Source of the DNA: Chloroflexota bacterium
GTDB taxonomy: Bacteria; Chloroflexota; Dehalococcoidia; Lucifugimonadales; VXLM01
NCBI GenBank assembly: GCA_026713145.1
Contig: JAPOPA010000355.1
Location: 1 to 49,519, forward strand
Length of the DNA stretch: 49,519 nt
Direction: 5' to 3'
Shown here piece after piece: positions 7,981 through 17,019 of this stretch; within the stretch, counting starts at the first letter, position 1, and each line of letters starts with the position of its first letter. The position numbers were made by a program, and so were the translations under genes. The notes below the pieces were generated by a model. The model searched no databases, was not told the DNA's origin, and worked only from the letters and a program-made list of their open reading frames with translations.

Positions 7981-10269
7981 CTATCGGCGGTCTCGCCCGC
8001 CTCCTCGTCGATCAGGACCGCCCTCACGACGCGAATCGTCCCGGCGTGGAGGCCTGTCTCCGCCATACTCACGGCCCGGACCATCCCGCCGAGGGGGTCT
8101 TCCCCCGTCGCGGCCACGAGGGCCTCCGCGTCCTCCCCCGCCGGACCTGCCGTTGCCTCCGGCTCCCTGCCGCCTTGCGGCTACCGTCTCCATGTCCTCG
8201 TCCAAGAGGAGTGAGCGTCGGGACAGCGATATCTTCCCCTGCGGGTCGATGTCGATCACCTGCACCGTTAGCTCCTGTCCCATCTCGATCTCGTCCTCGA
8301 CCGACTCCACGCGGTGGTCGGAGAGCTCGCTGATGTGGACCATGCCGTCCTGTCCGGGGAGTATCTGAATAAACGCCCCAAATCCCATAATGCGGACGAC
8401 CTTGCCGGTGTAGATGTCGCCGATCTTGGCTTCCTTGGTCAGGTTCTCGATCATCTCGACGGCCCGCTTGGACGCATCGCCGTCGACGGACGAGACGAAT
8501 ACCGTGCCGTCGTCCTGGACATCGACCTGTGCGCCCGTCTCCTCGATGATGCCGCGAATGGTCTTGCCGCCAGGGCCGATGACTGCGCCTATCTTGGAGA
8601 CCGGTATCTTGACGGAAGTCATGCGCGGTGCGTACTGGCTAACCTCTGCGCGAGGCGCGTCAATGGCCTCGGCCATCTTCGCCAGGACTTGCAGCCGGGC
8701 TTCCTTGGCCTGGGCCAGCGTCTGCTCGATGACCTCGAAGCCGATGTTCTGCACCTTGATATCGAGCTGAATCGCCGTGATGCCGTCCGCCGTGCCGGCG
8801 ACCTTGAAGTCCATGTCTCCGAAGTGGTCTTCCATGCCCTGGATGTCGGTCAGGGTTACGAAGCGGCCGCTGTCGTCGGTCACGAGACCGACGGAGATGC
8901 CCGCCACGGGCTTCGTGATCGGTACTCCGGCGTCCATCAGCGCGAGGATGCCCGCGCACGTGCTTGCCATGGAGGTGCTGCCGTTGGAGCTCAGGCACTC
9001 GGCAACCACACGGATCGCGTAGGGGAAGTCTTCTTCGGAGGGAAGCACCGAGGCTATGGCGCGTTCCGCAAGCGCCCCGTGGCCGATCTCCCGCCTGCCG
9101 GTAAACATCCTGCCGGTCTCGCCCGTGCTGAACGGCGGGAAGTTATAGTGCAGCATGAACCGCTTTAGATCGACGGGTGTGAGGTTGTCGATCTTCTGCT
9201 TGTCGCCGACCGGTCCGAGCGTGGTGAATGCCAGCACCTGGGTCTCTCCACGCTGGAAGAGTCCGGTACCGTGCGCGCGGGGGGAAATCCCCGTCTCGGA
9301 GAGGAGCGGGCGGATCTCCGTAAGGTTACGACCGTCGGGACGTTCGCCTAGCTCGATGATGCGCCGTCGGAACTCCTGTTCCACGAAGGTCTCGAACGCC
9401 TCGGAGACGTCCTTGCCGTCGTACTCCTCGCCGATCTCGGCGACGACGCTGTCCTTCAGCGCGCTGAGCCGAGCGGCCATTTCGGCCTTGCCGCCCTCGG
9501 GCGACATGGCGTCGGTGAGCTTGCCCTCAACCGCCCTGTCGACCAGGGCATCCAGGTCTTTGGGGTAGCCGTGGGATACATACTCTGACTTCGGCTTCGC
9601 CACGGCCTCGATGATCTCGTCCTGAAGCTCGATGAGCTGAAGGTTCGTATCCTGGGCGAGCTTGATGGCCTCTAGCACCATTTCGTCGGATACCTCGCTG
9701 GCACCTGCTTCCATCATCAGCACGCCGTCACGCGATCCGGCGACAATCAGGTCGAGGGTACTTTCGTCGGACTGCTGGTAGGTCGGATTGATGACGAACT
9801 CTCCGTCCACACAGCCGATTCGCGTCACTCCTATCGGGCCGTTGAACGGGATGTCCGAGATCGACAGAGCCGTGGACGCCCCAACGATGGACATGATGTC
9901 GAGGGGGGTCTCAAGGTCTGCGGAAAGGGGGGTGGTGATGATCTGCACTTCGTTGCGGAAGTCTTTCGGGAACAGCGGCCTCAGCGGACGGTCCGTGAGG
10001 CGCATGGTGAGGACGGTGTCCGTCGTGGGTCGTCCCTCCCGCCGGGGGAATCCTCCGCGAATGCGGCCTCGCGCGTACAGGCGCTCCTCAAAGTCGATGG
10101 TCAGCGGGAAGAAATCGATCCCCTCCCTCGGCTTCGACATCGTCGCCGTTACCAGCACCATCGAATCGCCCTGTCGGACGACGACTGCGCCGTTGGCCTG
10201 CTGTGCGAGCTTTCCGGTCTCTATGGTGAATAATTGGTCACCTATCTGCTTTTCAAACGATTTCGACAT
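7981..10269 (-). CDS. pnp: Polyribonucleotide nucleotidyltransferase (PNPase) with an Arg/Gly/Asp-rich C-terminal tail
   Basis: The ORF track gives 774 aa. I prefer the ATG at 10269 (MSKSFEKQIGD...), which is preceded by GAGGAGA. Two RNase PH domains, then KH, then S1 ('GDIYTGKVVRIMGFGAFIQILPGQDGMVHISEL'). It lies downstream of rpsO, as in the classical operon. Confidence 0.95.
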   Translation of the reverse strand: MSKSFEKQIGDQLFTIETGKLAQQANGAVVVRQGDSMVLVTATMSKPREGIDFFPLTIDFEERLYARGRIRGGFPRREGRPTTDTVLTMRLTDRPLRPLFPKDFRNEVQIITTPLSADLETPLDIMSIVGASTALSISDIPFNGPIGVTRIGCVDGEFVINPTYQQSDESTLDLIVAGSRDGVLMMEAGASEVSDEMVLEAIKLAQDTNLQLIELQDEIIEAVAKPKSEYVSHGYPKDLDALVDRAVEGKLTDAMSPEGGKAEMAARLSALKDSVVAEIGEEYDGKDVSEAFETFVEQEFRRRIIELGERPDGRNLTEIRPLLSETGISPRAHGTGLFQRGETQVLAFTTLGPVGDKQKIDNLTPVDLKRFMLHYNFPPFSTGETGRMFTGRREIGHGALAERAIASVLPSEEDFPYAIRVVAECLSSNGSTSMASTCAGILALMDAGVPITKPVAGISVGLVTDDSGRFVTLTDIQGMEDHFGDMDFKVAGTADGITAIQLDIKVQNIGFEVIEQTLAQAKEARLQVLAKMAEAIDAPRAEVSQYAPRMTSVKIPVSKIGAVIGPGGKTIRGIIEETGAQVDVQDDGTVFVSSVDGDASKRAVEMIENLTKEAKIGDIYTGKVVRIMGFGAFIQILPGQDGMVHISELSDHRVESVEDEIEMGQELTVQVIDIDPQGKISLSRRSLLLDEDMETVAARRQGAGGNGRSGGGGRGGPRGRDGGRPPRRDGPGREYGGDRPPRRDDSRREGGPDRRGGGRDRR

Positions 10270-10300
10270 AACGTGTTCTCTCCTCTGAGTTACAAGGGCA

Positions 10301-10333
10301 AACAAAGAAAAAGCACCCGAAGTGCGGGTGCTT
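10301..10333 (-). terminator. Intrinsic terminator/attenuator hairpin between rpsO and pnp
   Basis: The minus strand reads AAGCACCCG-CACTT-CGGGTGCTT (9-bp perfect stem) followed by TTTCTTTGTT. It sits 8 nt after the rpsO stop and about 30 nt before the pnp start. Confidence 0.7.
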
Positions 10334-10340
10334 GAGGGAG

Positions 10341-10610
10341 TTATCCCCGGAGACCTAGCCTAGCGACTATAGAACGGTAACGTCCAACGTCCTCTTTGTT
10401 GAGGTACTTGAGTAGTCGCCGCCTTCGTCCTACGAGCTTCATCAGACCCCGTCGGGTCGACTCGTCGTGGATGTGTTCACGCAGGTGGCTGGTAAGGTTG
10501 ACGATGCGAGTGGTAAGGAGTGCGATCTGTACTTCCGCCGATCCCGTGTCCCCGTCCTTCGTCCGATACTCTTTGACGACCGCTTCCTTAACGCTAGTGT
10601 CCAGTCCCAT
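10341..10610 (-). CDS. rpsO: 30S ribosomal protein S15
   Basis: 89-aa ORF containing '[48 protein letters not shown]'. Confidence 0.95.
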   Translation of the reverse strand: MGLDTSVKEAVVKEYRTKDGDTGSAEVQIALLTTRIVNLTSHLREHIHDESTRRGLMKLVGRRRRLLKYLNKEDVGRYRSIVARLGLRG

Positions 10611-10777
10611 TCCTAATTTGCGATCCTATTTCTTTCTCTAAGTCTTTTCATGGAGCAGTGTACCACACGTTGTCCTGCCCGTACACCATTTGTGGGTTGT
10701 CGAAGCTATAGGGAGGAAGTGCAAAGCGCCAGTCTAGTCGGTAAAAGGACTGCCGGTAGGGGGAGCAAGAAGGTCTC

Positions 10778-11284
10778 TTAGGGAGGTATGACGCCTAAAT
10801 CCCTAAGCCTGTCGAGCAGATCCTCTTGAGTGTCATCCGTCTTAAGCCAGTTGCAGGGGTAGCAAAGCAATTGGAGGTTATCGAACTCGTCACTTCCGCC
10901 TTGTGACTTCGGCACGATATGGTCGATAGTGAGCTGCCACACAGTCAACTCTTCGTCGCATCCGTTGCATCTCCTCCGCTGGAGTTGGTAGAGGGCGAGG
11001 CTAACGGTCCGCTTCCGTGTGTTCTTCTTCTGACCTTTCATGGCTTGGGCCATCAGCCTGTCGCGAAGTAGTTGTAGACCAGCGGGGGTCTGCTGAGGGG
11101 CAAGGGTGAAAGTCATTTTGATGGGGCCAACGGAACGTGACGACCGATCAAGTATCATCCCTCCTGAGCCGTCCAAATGAAATCTGGCGCTGACCTCTAC
11201 CTTTTCGGGAAGATCCCCGGTTCTCTCTGCTATCTCGTACGCCTCGGCCTGCGCCGAATGCATCAGTCTGGTGAGATCGTCCAT
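10778..11284 (-). CDS. HNH endonuclease with an uncharacterised ~100-aa N-terminal domain
   Basis: 168-aa ORF. C-terminal 'CNGCDEEL...LTIDHIVPKSQGGSDEFDNLQLLCYPCN' (CxxC...H...N...CxxC zinc-finger HNH). The gene and its flanks are visibly more AT-rich than the neighbours. Confidence 0.8.
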   Translation of the reverse strand: MDDLTRLMHSAQAEAYEIAERTGDLPEKVEVSARFHLDGSGGMILDRSSRSVGPIKMTFTLAPQQTPAGLQLLRDRLMAQAMKGQKKNTRKRTVSLALYQLQRRRCNGCDEELTVWQLTIDHIVPKSQGGSDEFDNLQLLCYPCNWLKTDDTQEDLLDRLRDLGVIPP

Positions 11285-11484
11285 GTCTACATCCCTCTAT
11301 TGCGAACTTGAAACGAGCGGTCAAGGTCAATGCGGAGACGCTGCCTCGACATCTCTCTCCAACTCAGACGCTTTCTGCCCCTCTCATCAACGAGGGAGGC
11401 TTATGCAATTGCTCTACCAAACCATTGGCTCGTTGCCTCGGCCTAGGAGTATTGCATTTCTCGCTAAAGAAACGGCCAACCGCC

Positions 11485-12516
11485 TCACTCCAGCGAGTCT
11501 GATCCGCCCGTCAGCCACTCGATGTTGAACTGCGCGAACCGGATGCTCTCGGAGTAGCGCTCGGACCCCCGCTCGTAGAGGCAGCCCACCGTCATGTCCG
11601 ACACAACGGCCAGGTCGGAGTAGGCGGACGGGCCGACGTAGAGGGTCTTCGACACCGCCCACGTCCTGCACTCGTCGTAGCTCAGACACACCGTCATGCG
11701 CTCGCGCTGATCGCTTGCCGGGTTGGAGAATATGATGCGGTCTCGTTCGTTCGGCCCGCCGGTCAGACGGATGATGCTCGCCTCGCATATGGGGTCGATG
11801 AGTTCCTGTACCGGCTCCGGCTCCGACCATGACTCGCCGCCGTCGTCGCTCCAGCAGGCCAGCCGCGTCGTGAGCGAACGGTCGGCCGAGCGGACGGTCA
11901 TGTATAGCCTGCCGTCCGTAAGCTCGACGACCTGGCACTCATCGGTGGAGCCCGGCGAGCTCCCGCCAACCGTCCAGGTCTCCCCCTGATCGTCGCTGTG
12001 AATCGTGTGGGAGAAGTAGAACGGCGAGTGATGCCTCGTCCCTTCGCTGTGGTCGCACGGTATGACGAGTCGCCCGCTCTTTAGCTTAATCCCGTGTCCG
12101 GGCCCTGTCGCGTACCACGTCCAGTTGTCCGGCTTGACGTCTGTCGTGATGTCCCTCGGCTCCCCCCACGTTGCCCCGTCGTCATCGGAGTACATTGCGT
12201 GTACGGTGTCGTTGTCCTTACAGAACAGCAGCCATATCTTTTCGGTCGTCCGGTCCTGGACGATGCACGCGTTTCCGATGGTGTGGTCTCCATCGGAGTG
12301 GACGACCTGCGGTTCACACCACGTCGTACCGCCGTCGTGACTCCGCCTCATGACGATGTCGATCTTGCCATGGTCGTACTGGGCGTATTTTCGACCTTCG
12401 CAGAGGGCGAGCACGGTACCTTGCGCAGTGACAATCAGCGCGGGAATGCGGTACGTGTGGTATCCCCCCGTTCCCGACGTGAACAGTTCAGTCTCTCGAA
12501 ACCAGGGTCGCTGCAT
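11485..12516 (-). CDS. BNR-repeat sialidase-like glycoside hydrolase (no signal peptide)
   Basis: 343-aa ORF. 'YRIPALIV' (F/YRIP motif) plus five Asp-boxes: SHDGGTTW, SDDDGATW, SDDQGETW, SDDGGESW, SYDECRTW. Confidence 0.8.
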   Translation of the reverse strand: MQRPWFRETELFTSGTGGYHTYRIPALIVTAQGTVLALCEGRKYAQYDHGKIDIVMRRSHDGGTTWCEPQVVHSDGDHTIGNACIVQDRTTEKIWLLFCKDNDTVHAMYSDDDGATWGEPRDITTDVKPDNWTWYATGPGHGIKLKSGRLVIPCDHSEGTRHHSPFYFSHTIHSDDQGETWTVGGSSPGSTDECQVVELTDGRLYMTVRSADRSLTTRLACWSDDGGESWSEPEPVQELIDPICEASIIRLTGGPNERDRIIFSNPASDQRERMTVCLSYDECRTWAVSKTLYVGPSAYSDLAVVSDMTVGCLYERGSERYSESIRFAQFNIEWLTGGSDSLE

Positions 12517-12572
12517 GAACGGCCTCCTACTGCCCAGGACTTTCTTTCGCGATCAAATACGAGACGTTCTCC

Positions 12573-13112
12573 CTATTGTGCTCGCCCGAACCGGCTCTCG
12601 TATCGGTACAGAGCCACGAGGGACTTCCCGTCCCGTATCTCGTTGCGCTCCATCATGCGCCGGACTTCGTCCCAGTCCAGTTCGTGCACGTTGATTCTCT
12701 CGGTATCCTCGTGCTGCGTGCCTACGTGCTTGGAGAGACGCGCAGCGAACAGGTGCACCCGCTGGCTGCTGAACCCAGGGCTGGTGAATATGCTCCCCAG
12801 CGACTGGAGACTCTCGGCCTCCCAGCCGATCTCTTCGACGACCTCGCGGGCCATGCACTCTTCCGGGGACTCGTTCGGTTCCAGCGTACCCGCGGGCACC
12901 TCCCAGATCCACTCCCCGATGGCGACTCGAAACTGCCGGATAAGGACGATCTTGCCCTCCGGCGTGACGGGCACCGCACAGCTGGCGCCGGGGTGTTCGA
13001 CGACCCTGTAGTCCCTCCCCTCGAACTCTCGCTCGACAAGGGTGATTACGGGACCGCGAAACAGCTCCCTGCGAGGCCCCATACGAAAAAGGTCTTCCGA
13101 TTCAGACGCCAT
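12573..13112 (-). CDS. NUDIX hydrolase (ADP-ribose pyrophosphatase-like)
   Basis: Nudix box 'GTLEPNESPEECMAREVVEEIGW' (GX5EX7REUXEEXGU). The track ORF starts at 13178 but would overlap the upstream gene by 77 nt. An internal ATG at 13112 (11-nt overlap) or 13082 is more likely. Confidence 0.8.
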   Translation of the reverse strand: MASESEDLFRMGPRRELFRGPVITLVEREFEGRDYRVVEHPGASCAVPVTPEGKIVLIRQFRVAIGEWIWEVPAGTLEPNESPEECMAREVVEEIGWEAESLQSLGSIFTSPGFSSQRVHLFAARLSKHVGTQHEDTERINVHELDWDEVRRMMERNEIRDGKSLVALYRYESRFGRAQ

Positions 13113-14355
13113 TGATCGCATAGTCGAAGATTTCATAGCTATTGATTGTGCCAACTGCCGAGCGACGCGCATAGTCATCCGTTAGAGGCTCCGACAGGAT
13201 GAACGGCACGTACCGCTCGGCCAGTCCACCGTGAGAGCGAAGGCGGTATCCCTGAAGCTCGGAGAGGTCATGTTCGGCCTCCGACCGGCCGATGGCGGTG
13301 TTGGCATTGGAGACTACGACGACATCGCCCTCACGGTCAGGCGGAAGGTCGAACTCGCTGCAGGCAGCGGCCTTGTCGTAAACGGCTTCGATTCCGTCCA
13401 GGTCTCCGACGAATCCCAGCACATCATCCACACCCGTCCCTTCGGTGCAGTACACCCGCGCGAAACCGCCGAGCGCCCCGTGGTGCCTCACGTAAGGGTC
13501 GGTTATCGGGAGTACCACGCGCGTTGTGTTCTCGCCGAACTGCGCGTCCAGTTCATCCATGAGGTAGACGACGTTGGGCGAGCCGTCGGGCAGGGACTTG
13601 TCGCTCATGCCGTGGTCAGCCGTGACCGCCACGACCGCCCCGGCGTCCGCAAGTCGACCGAATGCGCTGTCGAGACTGGTGTAGAGATCGTTGATCTCTG
13701 GCGTTCCCGGCCCATACTTGTGCTGGATGTAGTCTGTCAGCGACAGGTACATCAGGTCGACGCCGCCCCGTTCGAGTATCTTGATCCCCGCTTCGAGGAC
13801 GAAGGTCGAGAGATCGGCCGAGTACACGTCCGGCAGCGGAAGGCCGACCATATCGAGCACGTTTTCGATCCCGTTCTCTTCCATGGTGCACGTGTCCGAC
13901 TTCTCCGACGAGAAGTTGATGCAGCCGTTCTCAAAGTCCAGCCCCCGTCCCAGGAGACGGCGCAGCTTGTCCTTCGCAGTGATCGCGACTACCCTCGCCC
14001 CTGCCGCGGAGAATTTTTCCAGCAGCGTCTCCGAGCGGAGGAACACCGGATCGTTCATCATGTGTTCCTCGCCCGTATCGGGGTCGAGAAAGTAGTTCCC
14101 CGATATGCCGTGCACCGACTGCGGACTGCCGGTTACGATCGACATGTTATTCGGATTCGTATAGCTCGGCATCACTCCGTGCGCGACCGCGCTGAAGCCA
14201 TGCTCGCGAAACCTGCGAATGTTGGGCAGGAATCCGTCGCTCAACCCACGCTCGAAGTACGCCGGATCGCCTCCGTCTATGCACACGACTACGACGGGCC
14301 TGTTGGGCCGCCGATATGTCACTCCGTTCAGCTCGATTTCATGCCCCATTTCCAC
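13102..14355 (-). CDS. phnA: Phosphonoacetate hydrolase (alkaline-phosphatase superfamily)
   Basis: 417-aa ORF. It follows my recollection of Pseudomonas PhnA throughout: 'VVVVCIDGGDP...PSYTNPNNMSIVTGSPQSVHGISGNYF...AITAKDKLRRLL...YSADLS.FV...LSLTDYIQHKYGPGTPE...VTADHGM...LPITDPYVRHHGALG...LRSHGG'. Confidence 0.8.
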   Translation of the reverse strand: MEMGHEIELNGVTYRRPNRPVVVVCIDGGDPAYFERGLSDGFLPNIRRFREHGFSAVAHGVMPSYTNPNNMSIVTGSPQSVHGISGNYFLDPDTGEEHMMNDPVFLRSETLLEKFSAAGARVVAITAKDKLRRLLGRGLDFENGCINFSSEKSDTCTMEENGIENVLDMVGLPLPDVYSADLSTFVLEAGIKILERGGVDLMYLSLTDYIQHKYGPGTPEINDLYTSLDSAFGRLADAGAVVAVTADHGMSDKSLPDGSPNVVYLMDELDAQFGENTTRVVLPITDPYVRHHGALGGFARVYCTEGTGVDDVLGFVGDLDGIEAVYDKAAACSEFDLPPDREGDVVVVSNANTAIGRSEAEHDLSELQGYRLRSHGGLAERYVPFILSEPLTDDYARRSAVGTINSYEIFDYAINGV

Positions 14356-14457
14356 TCCTGAATGCCAATCCGTATCGGCGGGGGAAGTATACCAGTAACC
14401 CCGCGCTCGGGGCCCTATGCTACAATGCCCGTCGCTTCGAGAAGGAGGGTTCCCGCT

Positions 14458-15555
14458 TTGAAGATCACGAAGATGTGGACGGAAATATATCGCTGGAAGC
14501 GCGACAAGCCGATTCGGAATGGCATGTACACCTACTCCGACGCCGGTTTGAACGTCGTCAAGATCGCTACCGACGAGGGGATCACCGGCATTGGCCTGGG
14601 TGGCGGGATGACGGACGACGGCAAGGTGTTCCAGGCCATAGGCGACCAGTTCGCGCCAGTGGTCGAAGGACAGGACCCGCTCGCAAATGAGAAGATCTGG
14701 GACGATCTCTGGCAGCCTAAGCTCATCGGCAGGCGAGGACTCACCACCCGCGTGATCTCCGCCATCGACAATGCCCTGTGGGACGTCAAGGGCAAGGCGG
14801 CCAACATGCCCGTTTACAAGCTCCTCGGCGGGTACTCAGACTCCGTTCCGGTATACATCGCCGGAGGCTACTACGAGGAGGGCAAGGGGCTCGAAGACCT
14901 CGCGAAGGAGATGGAAGAGAGCGTCTCGATGGGCGCGAAGGCGGTCAAGATGAAGATCGGAGGCGCTCCCATCAACGAGGACGTGGAGCGCGTGCGCGTC
15001 GTCCGTGAGGCCATCGGCCCCGATATCGACCTCATGGTGGACGCCAACGCCGCCTATCGGTACTACGACGCAATCAAGATTGCCAAGAAAATGGAGCCGT
15101 ACGACGTATTCTGGTTTGAGGAGCCGGTCAACCCCGACGACTACCAAGGCCACAAGCTCGTGTCCCAGGCGACCTCGATCCCGATATCCACAGGTGAGAA
15201 CGAGTATACCCGCTATGGGTTCCGCGACCTCATCGAGACTCGGTCCGTCGCCATACTGCAGCCTGACCCGCTCATCATGGGCGGCATCACCGAGATCAAG
15301 AAGGTGGCCGCGCTTGCCGAGGCCCACGACCTGCCCATCTCACCACACGGTAATCAGGATATCGGTGTACACGTGGTGGCGGGTGTGTCCAACGGCCTGA
15401 CTGTGGAATACTACCGTGCGTCAACCGACCCGATGTATGACAAGTGGTGCATGGAGCCGCTTCAGGTCGACAAGGGGGTTGTCCATCCGCCCGACAGGCC
15501 GGGCCTGGGCATCAAGCTGAACGACGAGGTCCTGGAGGACCTGCGAGTGGGCTGA
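14458..15555 (+). CDS. Enolase-superfamily enzyme (mandelate racemase/muconate lactonizing family, acid-sugar-dehydratase-like)
   Basis: 'KMKIGG' (KxK), 'DANAAY', 'FEEP' and 'GENE' metal/acid-base positions. The start is set at TTG 14458, 8 nt after GAAGGAGG (14441-14448). The track ORF's extension to 14362 overlaps the phnA start region. Confidence 0.85.
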   Translation: MKITKMWTEIYRWKRDKPIRNGMYTYSDAGLNVVKIATDEGITGIGLGGGMTDDGKVFQAIGDQFAPVVEGQDPLANEKIWDDLWQPKLIGRRGLTTRVISAIDNALWDVKGKAANMPVYKLLGGYSDSVPVYIAGGYYEEGKGLEDLAKEMEESVSMGAKAVKMKIGGAPINEDVERVRVVREAIGPDIDLMVDANAAYRYYDAIKIAKKMEPYDVFWFEEPVNPDDYQGHKLVSQATSIPISTGENEYTRYGFRDLIETRSVAILQPDPLIMGGITEIKKVAALAEAHDLPISPHGNQDIGVHVVAGVSNGLTVEYYRASTDPMYDKWCMEPLQVDKGVVHPPDRPGLGIKLNDEVLEDLRVG

Positions 15556-15565
15556 GGGGGCTGCG

Positions 15566-16135
15566 TCAGACCTTTGCGACGGTGTCGCCTTTACGAATAG
15601 TCCCCGACTGCACGACGCGGGTGTTGACGCCCCTCAGGCGCAAATCACGTCCCAGCGGGGTGCTGACAAACCTGAGAGCGTCATTGCCAAACCGGTCGGC
15701 GAACTTCACGCAGCCCGTGTGCGGCTTCTCGGAAATCTCTACCACCGCCGACCCAATGGACAATTGGGTTCCAGTGGGTAGATTCTCCATGGTGATGTCC
15801 ATGTCGACCACGAGCTGATCGCCAGAAAGCTGCCAGCGGTCTTCAGACCGGGCCATGAGGTCGAGTGCGCGAGAGTTGATGATGGTGATCTGGGCCTCGG
15901 GGTTCGAACTGCCGTCCGGTGTGCTCGCACTTCCGCGATCCATCCACGTGTCGCCGACGAGACCAACGTCGACGTCGAGAGCACCATCCGCCAGCACCTC
16001 ACGCTGGTCGATGTCCGGCCGGCGGACGATCATCAGGAGTTGTCCGCTGTCCGCAGGCGACTGCCGAATGTGGTCGAGCCCGGCATCCAACTGTTCACTG
16101 TTCAGATGGGTAACGATGTCCGCTGAATGGACCAT
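15566..16135 (-). CDS. MOSC domain-containing protein
   Basis: 189-aa ORF. The C-terminal beta-barrel 'ISEKPHTGCVKFADRFG...LRGVNTRVVQSGTIRKGDTV' resembles MOSC, including the conserved Cys. Confidence 0.7.
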   Translation of the reverse strand: MVHSADIVTHLNSEQLDAGLDHIRQSPADSGQLLMIVRRPDIDQREVLADGALDVDVGLVGDTWMDRGSASTPDGSSNPEAQITIINSRALDLMARSEDRWQLSGDQLVVDMDITMENLPTGTQLSIGSAVVEISEKPHTGCVKFADRFGNDALRFVSTPLGRDLRLRGVNTRVVQSGTIRKGDTVAKV

Positions 16136-16138
16136 GCT

Positions 16139-16819
16139 CTAACCCTCGTCAGACTGCTGATCGTCGGCTTCCTCGCCCTCGACGCCCTCCTCGCCTTCAG
16201 CGAGTTCCTCACCCTCGAGTTCCTCGTCAACGACGGTTTCCTCTTCCTCGACTCTCGGCTCCTGCACGGTCACCAAGAGATCATCATCGTCTCTCAGAAT
16301 GGTAAAGTCCGCATGGAGCGCGATGTCACCAACTCGCACCGCGTCTCCGAACATCAGAAGAGACGTGATGTCGACGACAACGTCCTTCGGCATGTCAAGC
16401 GGTAGTGCCTCCACGGGCAACGTCTGGAACGGCTGGATAAGGACTCCACCGAGCTCGCGGACGGCCTCGGACTGCCCCTCGAGCACAACGGGCACCTCGG
16501 CGGTTACTCGCTCGGTCAAGTCGACGTGCATGAAGTCCACGTGAAGCAGGGAGCCGTTAACCGGGTGCCACTGAACCTCGCGGACGAAGCAAATGTCTCT
16601 CTTTTCGCTCCCCTCGACCACCACCTCTACCGGAATGTTGGCCCCGGCCTCGCTTACGACCTTCCGCAGCGTGGATCCCGCTGCCTGAAGGAGAAGCGAT
16701 TCGACACCTCTGCCGTAGTAGTGGACCGGTACGAACCCCTCCCGACGCAATGCCCGGACCTTCTTGCCAACAATCTGCCTCTCCGAAAGCGTTATGTTCA
16801 GGCGTTCCTTGGTCACCAT
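16139..16819 (-). CDS. rplY: 50S ribosomal protein L25 / general stress protein Ctc, with an acidic C-terminal tail
   Basis: 226-aa ORF. 'GKKVRALRREGFVPVHYYGRG.ES..L......L.......GANIPVEVVVEG....D.CFVREVQWHPV.GSLLHVDF'. The tail is Glu/Asp-rich. Confidence 0.85.
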   Translation of the reverse strand: MVTKERLNITLSERQIVGKKVRALRREGFVPVHYYGRGVESLLLQAAGSTLRKVVSEAGANIPVEVVVEGSEKRDICFVREVQWHPVNGSLLHVDFMHVDLTERVTAEVPVVLEGQSEAVRELGGVLIQPFQTLPVEALPLDMPKDVVVDITSLLMFGDAVRVGDIALHADFTILRDDDDLLVTVQEPRVEEEETVVDEELEGEELAEGEEGVEGEEADDQQSDEG

Positions 16820-17019
16820 CGTTAGAACCGTCCCATCTGTAGGTCACAAGTTGACCCCGAATCGTCCGGGGCCTTGGACTGCCATTGTAGCACATCGAGG
16901 GAATTCCGCAGAAAGTAATTCGTAGAAATCAGCCCGCAGGAGTGATGGGCAAACGTACTCGTCACAACTACAGTCACTGGGTTATCGTCCCTGCTACCTT
17001 CGCAGTACTTGCTACTTTC

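Noticed and set aside
11285-11484. Promoter and inverted repeats upstream of the HNH gene (duplicated TTGACC; ATGCAAT...ATTGCAT 7-bp repeat)
   Set aside because: No acceptable -10 lies at the right spacing, and the inverted repeat is short and widely spaced. The support is not strong enough to report as a feature.
13231-14361. 376-aa plus-strand ORF
   Set aside because: It is antisense to the phosphonoacetate hydrolase gene, and its composition is Arg/Val/His-rich.
14362-14457. N-terminal 32-codon extension of the enolase-superfamily ORF
   Set aside because: A strong GAAGGAGG RBS sits 8 nt before the TTG at 14458. The extension has no family similarity and crowds the divergent phnA start.
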